A program made the translations under genes and the position numbers. A stretch of DNA of 63,030 nt, counting the filler, from Hyphochytrium catenoides (Eukaryota > Protista > Hyphochytriomycota): NCBI GenBank assembly GCA_900088475.1. It is 10 parts of 10 records of this genome, joined end to end, with 100 filler letters (N's around TTAATTAATTAA, not from the genome) between each part and the next. Parts side by side here need not be neighbours in the genome. Positions count along the whole stretch, not along the records: positions 20,202 to 27,538 come from FLMG01002454.1; positions 27,639 to 30,814 come from FLMG01002026.1; positions 30,915 to 35,993 come from FLMG01003911.1; 7 more parts are not named here. The stretch is one strand, 5' to 3'. Positions 23,326-35,956 of this stretch are shown here, piece by piece; positions within the stretch are counted from its first letter, which is position 1, and each line of letters starts with the position of its first letter. The notes under the pieces were generated by a model. The model searched no databases. It was not told where the DNA came from and saw only the letters and a program-made list of their open reading frames with translations.

Positions 23326-24271
23326 AAGAGAGAGAGAGATATAATAGAGAGAGAGAAGGAGAACGAGAATGAAGAGAGACGGTAATCCACGGACACAATG
23401 TAGAGACTGTTTAGGAAGGGAAAGCCCACGCACCATTAACGCATCTCAGGCGCGTGGCGTCAGAATCCTCGTCATCTTCTTCTTCTTCCGCTGAAGGAAG
23501 CTCCTTCACAGCTTTTACGTGCTCCAAATTTGTCAGCCAGACACGATGGACGTTCAGAACAAAGACCTAACCGTGGGAAAGAGAGATGAGAATGGGCAAG
23601 AGAGAGCGAAAGAGATAGAGGACACCAGGCGCGGGCACGAGGGGAGAGAGAGAGAGAGAGAGAGGGAGGGAGAGAGAAAGCAGAAAGAAAGCAGAAAGAA
23701 AGCAGAAAGAAAGCAGAGAGACCAAAAGGAAAGAACTTCTCCCGGGTACAAAGCAAGAAGAGGAGAGACAAAGGCAGCTGTCCGAAGATAAAGAAGAGAG
23801 AGACTTCCTTCCACCTTCATCTTGTTTCTCTCCCTTGCTCTCAGGCTGGCCACCCAGTTCTCCTCTCGAATATTAGCATAGATCTTTTCAATGATGGGGT
23901 GGCGGGAGACGTGAGGAACAGCCAAGGGAGAACCCGACTTTCCTCTCTCTCTCTCTCCCTTTCCTATCATTTGCTGCTCCAGCGCTTCCTGTGCCTTCTG
24001 CGACGCAAGCCACGCCGTCTCTCTCTCTTCTTCGGAGCGATATTTCACGCGCAGATCTTCAATGGTCCAGCTCGTGGGGCCCTGGTACATAAGAAGGAAG
24101 AAACAAAGGTGAAGCGGCAGCAAAGAAAGAAAGAAAAAGCTACTCCCTCACTTGTCTCTCTTTCTCCTTCGCTTCTCTCTGTCATGAGCTCCCGCTCCCT
24201 CCCCAGACCTTCTCTCTCTTCTTTCTCTCTTCCTCTACAGGCTCTCTTCTCTTTTCTCTCTTTTTCTCCTC

Positions 24272-24317
<46 letters not shown>

Positions 24318-24546
24318 CTTTCACCTCACCTGGAGCTCTTCCAGTCCCTGCTGTGCCATCAGCGCGAGCGGCCTGAGCCCCTGGCCACTGACAGCTGTGA
24401 TGCGGTCCGGGTCCGACCAACAGGATAGACAGAGCCGTCCGTCACAGGCGTGATCGGCTCTGCCGTGGACGTGACCGTGCTGGATGCCATAGTTTGTACG
24501 GGCACCCGCTTTGATCGATTCTATCAGGGCCATAGCTAGGAGGATC

Positions 24547-24577
<31 letters not shown>

Positions 24578-24759
24578 GAGGAAGAGAGACAGATATGCCG
24601 CGGGGAGGAAGACAGCGACAGAGAAGGAGGTGGGGTTGAAACCTTGGAGAAACGGCCCTCTCGCAAACTCTATCCTGGCACGGTACGAAAAGAAGAGAAC
24701 AAGAGATGGAAGAAGGAGAGAGAGAGAGAGGTAGAGAGAAAAGAGAGAGAGGGAGAGGT

Positions 24760-24793
<34 letters not shown>

Positions 24794-25745
24794 GAGAGAG
24801 CGAGAGAGAGAGACTCTACCGGACATAGGGGCTAAACCACTCTCCATCCTCCTGCCCCTATCCTCTCTCTCTCATGATGCCGTCTTACCTTCTGCTGGGG
24901 TAGCATTCTTGGCCTCAGAGAGAGACTTGAAGAGCGGAGACTTGAGCAGCTTCGACTGAACCTTGGGATCCATCAGTTGGGCACCTCTCTCTCTCTCTCT
25001 CTCTCGGATGCCTCCTCCTCCTCTGCTGCCACTGAGAGAAGGAAGGGAACCTATGCCCTCTCCTCTCACTCCTCCGCCCTGCTGGGACGGCGAGCTGAGA
25101 GAAGAGAGAGGTGGGAAGCTTGTAGTTTTACTAGGAGAAGAGACGCCATCGCTGCCAACCTGGGANNNNNNNNNNNNNNNNNNNNNNNNNNNNNNNNNNN
25201 NNNNNNNNNNGAGAGAGAGAGAGAGAGAGAGAGTTCACTACCTCCTCCCCCACTGACAGAAACTTGAGGTGGAGATAGAGGAATAGACGTCCAGAGCAGG
25301 CACGATCAAAGATATAAAAGACACGAGAGAGACAAAGAGAGAATAGGGAAGTTGGAGGAGAAAAAGAGAGAGAGAGAGAGAGAAAAAGAAAAGGAGATGA
25401 AGGAAAGGAATAGTGAAAGGACCTTGCGGAGGGTAGAGTGGACAGGGAAGAGGGAAAGGAAGAGACATTACCCTTATTGTCATAGAAGATCCGCTGTAAG
25501 TAGCATTTAGCGCTGCTCTACTAAGGTGCGAGGAGGAGGAGGAGGTGCCTCCCTCGTCCGTCAGATTGTTAGCGTTGCCCAGGGGAGAACCGCGACCACC
25601 CTTGCCGGAGCCTTTTCCTAGCAGCTTCACGCGCTCTCTAGAGAGAGAATGGGTCGCACGAGAGAGGGCGAGAGAAAGCGGAGAGGAAGAGAGAGAGGGA
25701 GAGACACAGCGAAAGACGAGTGAGAGAGAGAGGGAGAGAGAGAGG

Positions 25746-25777
<32 letters not shown>

Positions 25778-25882
25778 AAAGAGAAAGAGAACGGAGTACG
25801 AGAGTGAGTGGAGAGAACAAACAACGACCCAGAGAATAGGGAAGAGGCTGTTTAAAATGAAGAGATTCTTCTTCCCTGTGCT

Positions 25883-25917
<35 letters not shown>

Positions 25918-26127
25918 CTCTCTCTCTCTCTGTCGTCTGTGGTGTGCATGTCTCTCTCTCTCTGTTGTCTTCCCGCTTTAAATTCACCTGACTGCCTCTT
26001 CTTGAACCTTCTTATTGTGCGCCTTCAGGATCCTGAGCGCCGTGACCTCCACGTCATGCAGGAAGTCACTTTGCTCAGGGTCGCGGTTGGCTAAGAGAGC
26101 CCGCGGGTTGCTCCCGCCACTTGCCAT
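20202..26127 (-). CDS. Uncharacterised multi-exon protein (about 10 exons), 3' truncated by scaffold end
   Basis: Phase-consistent GT-AG chain: [12 protein letters not shown].. (26127-25988); RERVKLLG.. (~25637-25472); [14 protein letters not shown] (~25159-24889); [18 protein letters not shown].. (~24535-24329); [26 protein letters not shown] (~24081-23815); [10 protein letters not shown].. (~23566-23434); GLKAARDL.. (~22948-22540); EVLLSIHRL.. (~22043-21697); [10 protein letters not shown].. (21282-20942 or 20810); IYAKSSSEG.. (20444-20202). No family recognised. Confidence 0.65.
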
Positions 26128-26148
26128 CTTCTCTTAGCTCTCACCAGA

Positions 26149-26191
<43 letters not shown>

Positions 26192-26751
26192 TTCTCAATG
26201 TTCTGCGGCCATCTTCATGGGTCTTCCTTTAGAGTGCGTTAGTGCTATACACTCAGTCAGCTTAAAGACACGGGACCAACGAGAGAGCAAAAGAAAGAGA
26301 GAGAGAGAAAGCGGCGCGTGCTGCTGCTACTCCTCCTCCTCTTGGTCCAGAGCTCTCCCACGGGCCAAGAAGGTCAGACAAGCAACAGACCATCGCTAAC
26401 GTTATCTAAGGAAAGCCTTCGACGCGTTCTCAGCTCATTGATCTTCAATGAAGGGCCTGCATCGAGCACTGAAAGGCCATTATATCGCAAGTTGGGCATG
26501 CCAAAAAAGAGGGACCACGGATCGAGCTCGAAAGTGACGGAGCTGTTCACGAGAAGCAGTGAGAAAAGAGAACTAGTAAGATGATGGAGAGAGAGAGAGA
26601 GGAAGAAAGAGAGAGGAGAGAGAGAGATGGAGAGAGAGACATGAGATGGAGAGAGAGACATGAGATAGAGAGAGAGACATGAGATGGAGAGCGAGAGAGA
26701 GACTGGGAGAGCGAGAGAGAGAGAGGGAACACGGGAGAGCGAGAGAGAGAG

Positions 26752-26819
<68 letters not shown>

Positions 26820-27138
26820 CTGTTGGCGGCTGTGCAGTTCTACATTGGTTAGTTCTTTGTTGAGAGCAGGTGCCGTTACTGAGCCCCACTGCCCTTTCGA
26901 TTCACGAAATAAAACATTCAATGAATCCTTCCACTGATTATTGTCAGTATTCCGCTGCTACAGTATGCTCCAATGAAGCTTTCATTATTGCAAATAATCT
27001 AGATTTCCGGCTTTCTATGCCGTTAGCGGTCCGGTGAATCATTGGTGTTCTGATCAGAGAGAGAGAAGGAACTTCAAGAGAGAGAAAGAGCGAGCGTTGC
27101 TGCCTTCCATGGGGACAGAGATTGATGAGGGACACCAT

Positions 27139-27197
<59 letters not shown>

Positions 27198-30100
27198 TAC
27201 AACGTACCGATCCTTTCAACGCCACGACGCCTCCATCCAGCTGCGGAGCACGCTTGAAGAAGGAGAGATCAAAAGAGAAGGAGAGCTGTCAAGGCAGCAA
27301 CTAGTCAGAGGAAGATATGGAGCACGCTGAAGCGACCGCAGAGGCCGGGGAGGGCAATGTCGCTGCTCCTCCGGAGCTGAAGAGACCCTCGCCTGAGTTT
27401 GTTCGAAAAGCAGGAGTGGCACCCGTGAAGCCTGAGTAAGCCTGTAGACCCTGCGCTGGGGATCCTTCTATCTCCCTAACATTTCGGTTACCTTCTCTCC
27501 CTTTCCTCCCTCATTATCTCTCTTTCTCTCTCTCTGTCNNNNNNNNNNNNNNNNNNNNNNNNNNNNNNNNNNNNNNNNNNNNTTAATTAATTAANNNNNN
27601 NNNNNNNNNNNNNNNNNNNNNNNNNNNNNNNNNNNNNNGCGGCAATAGAGATTCATTTAGAGACTCCCGGTGGAGATGCTCTTTATTATTAGCGATTGAC
27701 CAGACTCTCCCTGGGGACGATGTTGCCCTACTCTACCAAGTAGTTCTATGTATGCTGTACGACGAGAAAAGGAGTAAGATAACGCCTACTCTCATTCATG
27801 CCGAACCTATAGCAAAGTCTACAAATTTAGTCAGGTCTATCCGTATATAAAAGATGGCATGAAGCTGGGCGACTGATCCCCAGGGTCACACGAAGCTGCT
27901 TGCTAAACCACCTATTTTGGTGGCTAGATTCGATCTTAAAGTTTTAAGGAACGCATCCCGTCCCACAGCCATCTGCTATCCACTGTTTGGCTACATAAAG
28001 CCGTCTTTGTGGGTACTCCGTGAACGCATTGTCTATATTTTGTACCTCTGAGAAATCTAGGAATACAGAAGAGGAGCAATGGCTTGAGTTATATCTTTGT
28101 AATCTGTTGAAAGCGAAAGTGTGGTGACAACAGTGCCTTGAATACACTCTGTCTAACGTATACAAGGCAATCTTTCTCGATGCTTGTCTGCCAGTATCGG
28201 AGGACTAGTGCGTATCTCGAGGTCGTTCGCTCAGTGTCTCTCTCTGCTTTGTGGGCGTTTATTTTGGGCCAAGGTACGTTCTGTTCCCTTTTGTGCCTTT
28301 TTGCCCCTCTTCGCTCTGTTGTCCTTGTCGGTCAACCAGCGACACAGCAGAAAGGGAGAGCAACAAGGGCCATAAGGTTCTCCTCTCGGTTTGCAACCCC
28401 GCACAGCGTCCTCGCAGTGATATAAGATTAGTGAAGAAGTCAACGCTTACGTAACACTTATGAGGTGCTCCACTCCCAGGTAGAGACAGAGCTCACACTA
28501 GGTATATTATATACTGGTAAAATGACGCTAGTAGAGGGAAACAGACGAAACAGGAGGTATGTGGAGCAAACTGGGTCTGAGACAGAGTAAGGTTTAACAT
28601 ATAGGATGGACATCGAGATGGAAGGGCCCCTTAAGATAAACCATTGGCCTTCCAGCCATCAACCGCCCCACCAGCGTCAGCCGCACCTTCTGTCCATTGT
28701 CCAACTCTGTCTCACGGGGCCGGCCAGCCAGCCAGCCCGCTGAACTCTTCTGTCTGCTGTCGACCTGAGGTCAACATTGTTGTCGGCCATGGTCCGCCCT
28801 GTTCCTCTATAAAGGAGGAGGTTGGCTGAAGTTTGACAGCTACCGCTGGGCGAGAAGCGGCAAGGAATGTGATGAGAGGTCGCCAGCCGCCCGACAAACG
28901 TCACCATTCGAAGCCTGTTGAGGGCACACGACGAGTATCCAGGAGGTTCCTCACCATTGTGCTTGCCTCTTCTGCAAGACAAGAGTCCAAGTTGAAGAAA
29001 GAAAGATGGGGAAGAACTTCTCTAATGTCGAAGCACCACCTTTCAATGGCTCCCATTTCCCTCTCATCACTCTCTCTCCTCCTTTTTCCCCGTCCGACCC
29101 GCTGTAATTTCCCTCCCGTCTTTCTTAGTGTTAACTCTCTTCTGGAATCTGGTCGTCAGTCTGTCTCTCTAGAGGGCTCGCACCACCACCGCTCTCTGCC
29201 AGCTGGTAGATCCTTGTGGCGACGGGGAGCACAGAAAGGGTTGGAACAGGGATGTCGCTAGTGATAGAAGAAAGACCAGTGGCTCTCGTCATCTGTCACA
29301 CAGTCGTTGGTGCTGCAACAGAGAGAAAGACGAAGAGAGAACCCGGGAGAGAGAGAGAGAGGACAGAGGCGAGAAGAGCACAGCTAGCTAAGGAAGGAAA
29401 GAGTAATAACTGGGGGTACTGCTGGTCATCAGTTCTTCATAATAACATATCATAGAGCTGCTGCAAGGACTGGTGGGATGATGCGTCACTGGTTCTGCTG
29501 GTGCAGCATCAGCCTAGCTCATTTGGACTGACATCACCACGCCGAACATGCTTTTTTTTCTTTCCCTGCCTGAGTTAGCCGCGGGACAGATAAACAGCTT
29601 GACCCTCAAAGCAGCCAAAGAGAGGCCCCGCCGTTGAAGAAGAGAGAGCGTTATTGTCTCTCCATCTCTGAACAAACGGCAAACCAGTCTTCTTCTTTTC
29701 TTCGTTCTCTTCGTCTTCTTCTTTACTCGTTCTTCGTTTTTTCGTACAGCTCGGTGACGATGGAGCTCATTGATGGCCTTGGCGGAGCACCATTTTAGGC
29801 TTTGCTTTCCCTGTTTACACAGGAGAATGGACGTCGGAGGACAGGAAATCTGAAGATGACGACAGGCAGCTGCGGAGCTTTATTTATCATCATCAGCTGA
29901 ATGGTCGTTAGCGAAGAGCCGAGGTTGAGAGGGCGATGAGAAGGNNNNNNNNNNNNNNNNNNNNNNNNNNNGAGGGAGAAAGAGAGAGAGAACGAGGAGA
30001 AGCGAGAGGCGAGCGGAGGCTGATATAAATTTGGTAGGAAACGACGAGAGAGAAAGAGAAGAAGAGGAGGGGCAACTAGCGAAGAGGAGAGGAAAGAAAG

Positions 30101-31102
30101 GAAGCAACCCGATCAAGCCTCCCACGACTCTTTGTCTCTCTAAATAATCTTTCAAAATGCGTCTCGTGCTCGACGCTACTCCTCCCCAAAAAGCCTCGCC
30201 CCTCTCTTTTCTCTCTCTCTCTCTTTCCCCTATCTATCTATCTATTGATGAGATGGCAGAGTTGGTTGAAAGCTCGTTGTAACATTTCCTTCTTTTCATC
30301 GAAGTGTTTCCATCAAGCCAAAGGTCACGTCCGTTATCAGGAGTGGTAGTCCACACTTGGTACTCTTGATAGCATTATTTTGCATGTTGAGCTGATAGTA
30401 GTAGTCTAGATCTTGCATGTTTCTACATAGCGATGGGATGTGCGACTGCCCGCGCTCACCGCACGCTAAAGCCTCATCTCACTTCACATTTTCCAGACGA
30501 TCTGCACTTCAGTTTATTGCGCTAGAGTGTTCTTTCCAAGCTTCCTCTGTGCCTACCAGTAGCGTACGAGAGAGACGAGTCTCAGGAAGCATTTCGAGAT
30601 GCTCTAAACGCTACACTCGTATTCCCTGGGAAGGCTGTTCCAGAGAAAGGATGGATCTGTCTGTGCCTGAATAAACTCGTGGCTGACCAGAAATGAGTGC
30701 AGGACTTCACTCCATGCCCTGGACGACGCCTGCTTTAATCCGTAGAGACTCCTTTTTTCAGTCTGCACACCAAATGTTCTTGACCAGGGATTGCAAAACC
30801 AGGCGGTTGACGCANNNNNNNNNNNNNNNNNNNNNNNNNNNNNNNNNNNNNNNNNNNNTTAATTAATTAANNNNNNNNNNNNNNNNNNNNNNNNNNNNNN
30901 NNNNNNNNNNNNNNCTCTCTCTCTCTCTCTCTTTCTCATGGTCCATTAGTGATTCCCTCTCTCTTTCTTTTTTCCTTTCGCACAATCTTCCTTTCTTTCT
31001 TTTTCTCTCTCCCATTTTCTTCTCTCTTTCTCTCCCTCTTTCTTTGTATCTCTTAATCTCTCTCCTCCTCTCTCTTTCTCTGTTTCTCTCTTCGCGCTTT
31101 AG

Positions 31103-31239
31103 GCCTTTGGCGTGGTCTACCAGGCGACTTATCACGGAACTCCGGTGGCGGTGAAGATGTTGCTTTGCCAGCGGCTCTCTGACGACTGTATGCAAGACTT
31201 CTTGGAGGAAGTCGCCATCATGAGATCCCTCAGGTCTCT

Positions 31240-31273
<34 letters not shown>

Positions 31274-32205
31274 TCTCGCTCTATCGCTCTCCCCCCCCCC
31301 TTCTCTCTCTATCGCTCTCTCTATATCGCTCTCCCTCTCTCTCTCTATCGCTAGCTCTCTTTCTCGCTCACTCGTTCTCTATCGCTCTCTCTCTCTCACT
31401 CTCTATCGTTTTCTCCGCTCCCAATCCACCATTTCTCTCTCTTCTGGTTGCTACCTTTTCCTCTCTTAGTCTGTCTTCGATGCTCATCCTATGGGTTTCC
31501 TCTCTTGCAATCGTTGTTCTCCTCTGCTTCTTTTTCTCTCTCTCTTCCCTTTCTTATCTCTGGTCCCTTTCTTCTCTCTCTTCTTTCTCTATCTGTCCCT
31601 CTTCTCTCTCTTATTTTTCCCTCCTTCCTCTCCCTCTCTCTCTTTCTTGTTTCTCCTGTCTCGGTAGCTTCTTCTATCTTTTCTCTTTCTTCTCCTCTTC
31701 CTTCTCCATTCTCAGCTTCCTCATTTTGTGTGACACGGTTAATTTTAGTTTTCCCGTCTCTCTCTTTGTGTTTCTCTCTTTTCATCACTCTCTTGATTGC
31801 TCACTCACTCGTCTAGTTTTTTCTTCTCTCTCTCTCATGCAGATTTCTTTCTCCCATTATTTTTATCTCTCACCTTTTCTCTTGTCTTTCGTCCTCTCTT
31901 TCTCGACCTTCCTTTCGTCTCTCTCACTTTTTTCTTTCTGTGATCTCCCGCTCTCATGCTAGCAGAAACGTAACTATACCTTCCTCCTCTCTTTCTCTCT
32001 TTCTTTGTCTCTCTCTCTCTCTCTCCTCTCTCTTCCTGTCACAGGCACCCGAACATCTGTCTCTTCATGGGCGCTTCCACGCGTCCTCCTCACTTCTGTC
32101 TCGTCACAGAGTTCTACTCTCTCGGCTCGCTCTGGCACCTTCTCCGGCAGCCTCTCCCCTTCCCCTTGCAGCTGATTACACAGTGAGTGGAACAGGGCCG
32201 AGCAG

Positions 32206-32263
<58 letters not shown>

Positions 32264-32266
32264 GTG

Positions 32267-32302
<36 letters not shown>

Positions 32303-33133
32303 TCTCTTCTCTCTTCTCTTCGTTCTCTTCCCTTTTTATTCATTGGCTAATTTCCCTTGCTACACTCTTTCATGTTACCTTCCTCCTTTCATTCTTTCCT
32401 GTTTACTTGTCTTTTACGCTTCTCTCTCTTGCCATTTACTTCCTCTCTCTTGTCCTCTCTCTCTCTCTCACTCTCTCCAGAACCAGTGTGCATTATGCTT
32501 CTTGTCCATCCTATTATCTTTCCAGCTTGCTCGTTGGCACACACATCTCTCTCTAATCTTTCTCAATCTTTTGGTTCTCTCTTAATCTTTGTCTCTTTCT
32601 CTCTCTGCCTCTCCCTTCCTTTCCCCGTTTTCTTCACTTTCGTGTCTTTATAGGATGATCAGAGACACAGCGATGGGGATGAACTATCTTCACACATTAA
32701 ATCCTCCTATACTTCACGTAAGTTCTCCGTCTCTCTTTCACTCTCTTTCTTTCTTTCTCTCACTCTTTCTCTCCGTCCCCGTTTTCTCTGCTCTTTCTCT
32801 CTTTCTGTCTCTCTCTCCTTTGTTTCCCGTTTTTTTAAGTCATTCTAGTTTCTCTCCTCCGCCCCTCTTTCTCTTTCTGTCATTCTCTCATCTCTCCTCC
32901 TCCAATCCTTCTCTCCCTTTTTTCTCTCTCTCTCTGGCTCTCTCTTTGGCTCTGATTCTCTCTCTCTCTCCTTCTCTCCTTCTCTCTTCCTCTTAGCGGG
33001 ACCTCAAGACGCCAAATCTGCTGGTGGACGCGGGCTACAAAGTCAAAATCTCAGACTTCGGCCTGGCGCGATTGAAGGCGCAGACAGCTACGATGACCGG
33101 GAATGTGGGGACCTTGCAGTGGATGGCGTAAGA

Positions 33134-33176
<43 letters not shown>

Positions 33177-33359
33177 CAACTCTGCCTCTTTTGTGCTCTC
33201 TTTCTCTCCCTCCCCTGTCGATCTGTCCGCTCTTTTTTTCTCGCTGCGGATCTCCCGCTCTATCTTTCTCTCGCTTCAATGCTCTTCATTCTTTCAATGG
33301 TCACGTTTGCTCTCTCCCTTGCTTTCCTCTTCTCTAGCACGAACTTCTCTCTCTCTCTC

Positions 33360-33420
<61 letters not shown>

Positions 33421-33942
33421 CACATCGTCCACTTTCTCTCTTCTGTGTGTATCTCTCTCTGTTGACCCCTTTCGCTCTCCTCATTTTTCTTCCCTTTTTC
33501 TTTTTTCACTTCTCTACATGTCTCTCTCTCCCTAATCCTTCTCTGCCACTCAGCCCGGAGGTGCTGGCAGCTCAGCGGTACACGGAGAAGGCTGACATCT
33601 TCTCTTTTGCTATTATCTGCTGGGAACTGCTTACAAGGCAGTGCCCCTATGAAGGTCAGAATTCAGAGAGAGAGAGAGAGAGAGAGGCGGAGAGAGAGAG
33701 AGAGAGAGAGAGNNNNNNNGGAGAGAACGGCCTTCCTCCGCCAGACTTGCCTTTGACCTGCATAACTCTTAGGCATGAACCAGATCCAAGCGGCGCTGGC
33801 AGTGCTGAACAATGGACTGAGGCCAGTCCTTCCCTCTCATTGTCCGCCTCCTATGGCCGCACTCATCGAGCGCTGCTGGAGACAAAATCCAGAAGAAAGA
33901 CCGTCGTTTGCAGAGATTATCGACTCTCTCCCTCCTGCTTGA
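31103..33942 (+). CDS. TKL-group (Raf/CTR1-like) Ser/Thr protein kinase, 5' truncated; exons 31103-31233, 32045-32182, 32654-32717, 32997-33127, 33554-33654, 33773-33942
   Basis: AFGVVY, VAVK, HPNICLFMG, HRDLKTPNLL, DFG, GTLQWMAPE, KADIFSF, CW...PEERPSF. All intron phases are consistent. Confidence 0.95.
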
Positions 33943-33981
33943 GAGACTGAGAGCCACGCGGCCAGCCCAGAGAGAGAAAGC

Positions 33982-34020
<39 letters not shown>

Positions 34021-34418
34021 GAGAGAGGACAAGACAGACAGACTCTCTCCTTGAGCTCTGATTGAGGTCAGGAGGCTCAAACAGACCCGAGGACTGAACT
34101 TTTGGTCAGAGTCGAAAGGTGGTGGAGATACAGAGAAAGAGAGAACGAAAGCTCTCTCCTGATCTCTCTAATACAAAGACCACAACTTAACAGTCTCTTC
34201 TCCCTCAACACAGCTATCAGAAGGAGAGGCGGAGAGAGAGAGATAAAGAGAGAGAGAGAGAGACTCTAGAGTCTCCTAGCCGCATTAATATTATGAAACA
34301 CTGACGAAGAAGAGAGAAAGACGCCCACAGGCCATTCAAAGTCCTTGTTATTATCTGCAGTCTTTATGACAAAAGAGAGAAGAGAGAGAGAGAGCTCTTC
34401 ACCCTTCTTCTCCAATTT

Positions 34419-35956
34419 TTAAGACGTCTCATAAAGAGTATCAAGGATCGCAAGCGGACCATCACGAGGGCGGAACGCATGGAACTTCTCTCTCTCCTTT
34501 TCATTCTCCTGCTCTTTCTCTTGTACTGGCTGTTCCTCTCTTTCTTCCTCTTCTCTCTCCTCGGCAAAGTCCTTCCCATTGAGGAAGTCGTTCAGCATCT
34601 TCAGGCTCACCTCGGGCTGGTCCATTGGAACCTTGACACGGGCACACAGTTAATATGTAGACGGAAAGGGAGAGAGGCGCAAAAGAGAGAGAGAGAGAGA
34701 GAGAGAAGAATGAGAAGAGTGTGACCTAGAGAGATAGGGCAATGAAAGAAAGAGAGCGAAGGAATCTGGACTATAGGGAGAGCTAAGCCTGAGAGAGATA
34801 AGAGAGAGAGAGGCATCTGACATACACTGAGAGTGAGAGTGAGAGAGAGAGAAGAATACGAAGAGAAAGAATGGGGAGAGAGAGGGTGTGTGAGCTTAGA
34901 AAAAGGCGCAAGACGTACCATGTGTCCAGCTTCATGGACCTGGAGGAAGGTAAATCCCTTGGCGCTCCTTGCGACTCCAGAGCGCTTGTCCTTGCCCTNN
35001 NNNNNNNNNNNNNNNNNNNNNNNNNNNNNNNNNNNNNNNNNNNNNNNNNNNNNNNNNNGCGTCCAGGCCTTGTTGCCCATCCAGTTGCAGATGTAGTCAG
35101 CGTCACCAGCGTAGATAAGGGCACGGATGCCTGGTCAGAAAGAGAGAGAGAGAGAAAGAGAGAGAAGGAGAGAAAGGAGGAGAGGTTAGACAGATTGGAA
35201 AAAGGGGAGGGAGGGCCAGAGAGAATAGGCTAGGGAGATGTTTACCCTGGCAATCAACAAGAATTGGGAGAACGTAAGAGAGACAGAGACCATTGAAGCA
35301 GGGAGAGGCGTCGTCGTAAGTGTAGGAGATGTCCCAATCAACCTAGAAGATCTGCCGGTCTTCTCTTCTCCCTCTCTCTCTCTCTATCAGAGACGTATCT
35401 CTTTCTCTCTCTCTTTTGTCTCACCTGCTTTCAGCATGGGCGGGATGAGCTGGTGGAAGTTCTTCATCCAGTCGCCCATAAACCCTCTGTTAACATCCAT
35501 ATTGCAGCTCTGCCACTCTCCACTCTCTGGCCTCACATGCAGTGCCTTCTTCGTCTCTTCCTTGTTCAACCACTTCCCGACAGCCTCAAAGTCATAGCAC
35601 AGCGGCGGCTTGGCGCACTTCTGCCTGATGTCATAGACATTGAGCCCTGACTGCTGATAGGGCATAATGAGGTTATAGTTGCAGAACAGTTCAGCCAGAG
35701 TGCAGGCAAAGCTGGTCGTCTGGCACTGTTTGATCATAGAGATACAGGTCGGGGTAGAAGAGACCATGGCCTGGTGCTGGCTCTCAGAGACGGCCTTGAC
35801 GCCGTACGTGTTATTATAAGCCATCTGCGCGTAGTAAGCGTACTGAACCTCAGGGTGAGTCAGCCCGTTGCCGATGCCAATGCCTGCCAGGTTGAGGTGA
35901 AGACCTTCTTTCTTCTCGTTGCCCTGGAAGACTCTGTGGCTTACAGCCGGAACGTA
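34419..35956 (-). CDS. Serine carboxypeptidase, peptidase S10 (CPY-like), 5' truncated; exons 35956-35425, 35130-34919 (contains an N gap), 34631-34419
   Basis: YVPAV, GIGIGNGLT.PEVQY, NVYDIR..C, LIYAGDADYICNWMGN (catalytic Asp region) and EAGHMVPMDQP (catalytic His). Ends in an acidic tail. Confidence 0.93.

Larger units (their letters stand above)
1..27538. repeat. Pervasive (CT)n/(AG)n microsatellite-rich sequence (also 30915-35993 and 43968-49286)
   Basis: Dozens of pure and interrupted dinucleotide runs fill introns and flanks. Most internal N gaps sit inside these runs. Confidence 0.97.

Noticed and set aside
26318-27480. Short non-repeat ORFs upstream of the orphan gene
   Set aside because: No motif and no consistent exon chain on either strand.
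27639-30814. Short ORFs in this scaffold and in 36094-37393
   Set aside because: No recognisable domain, transposon motif or splice chain.
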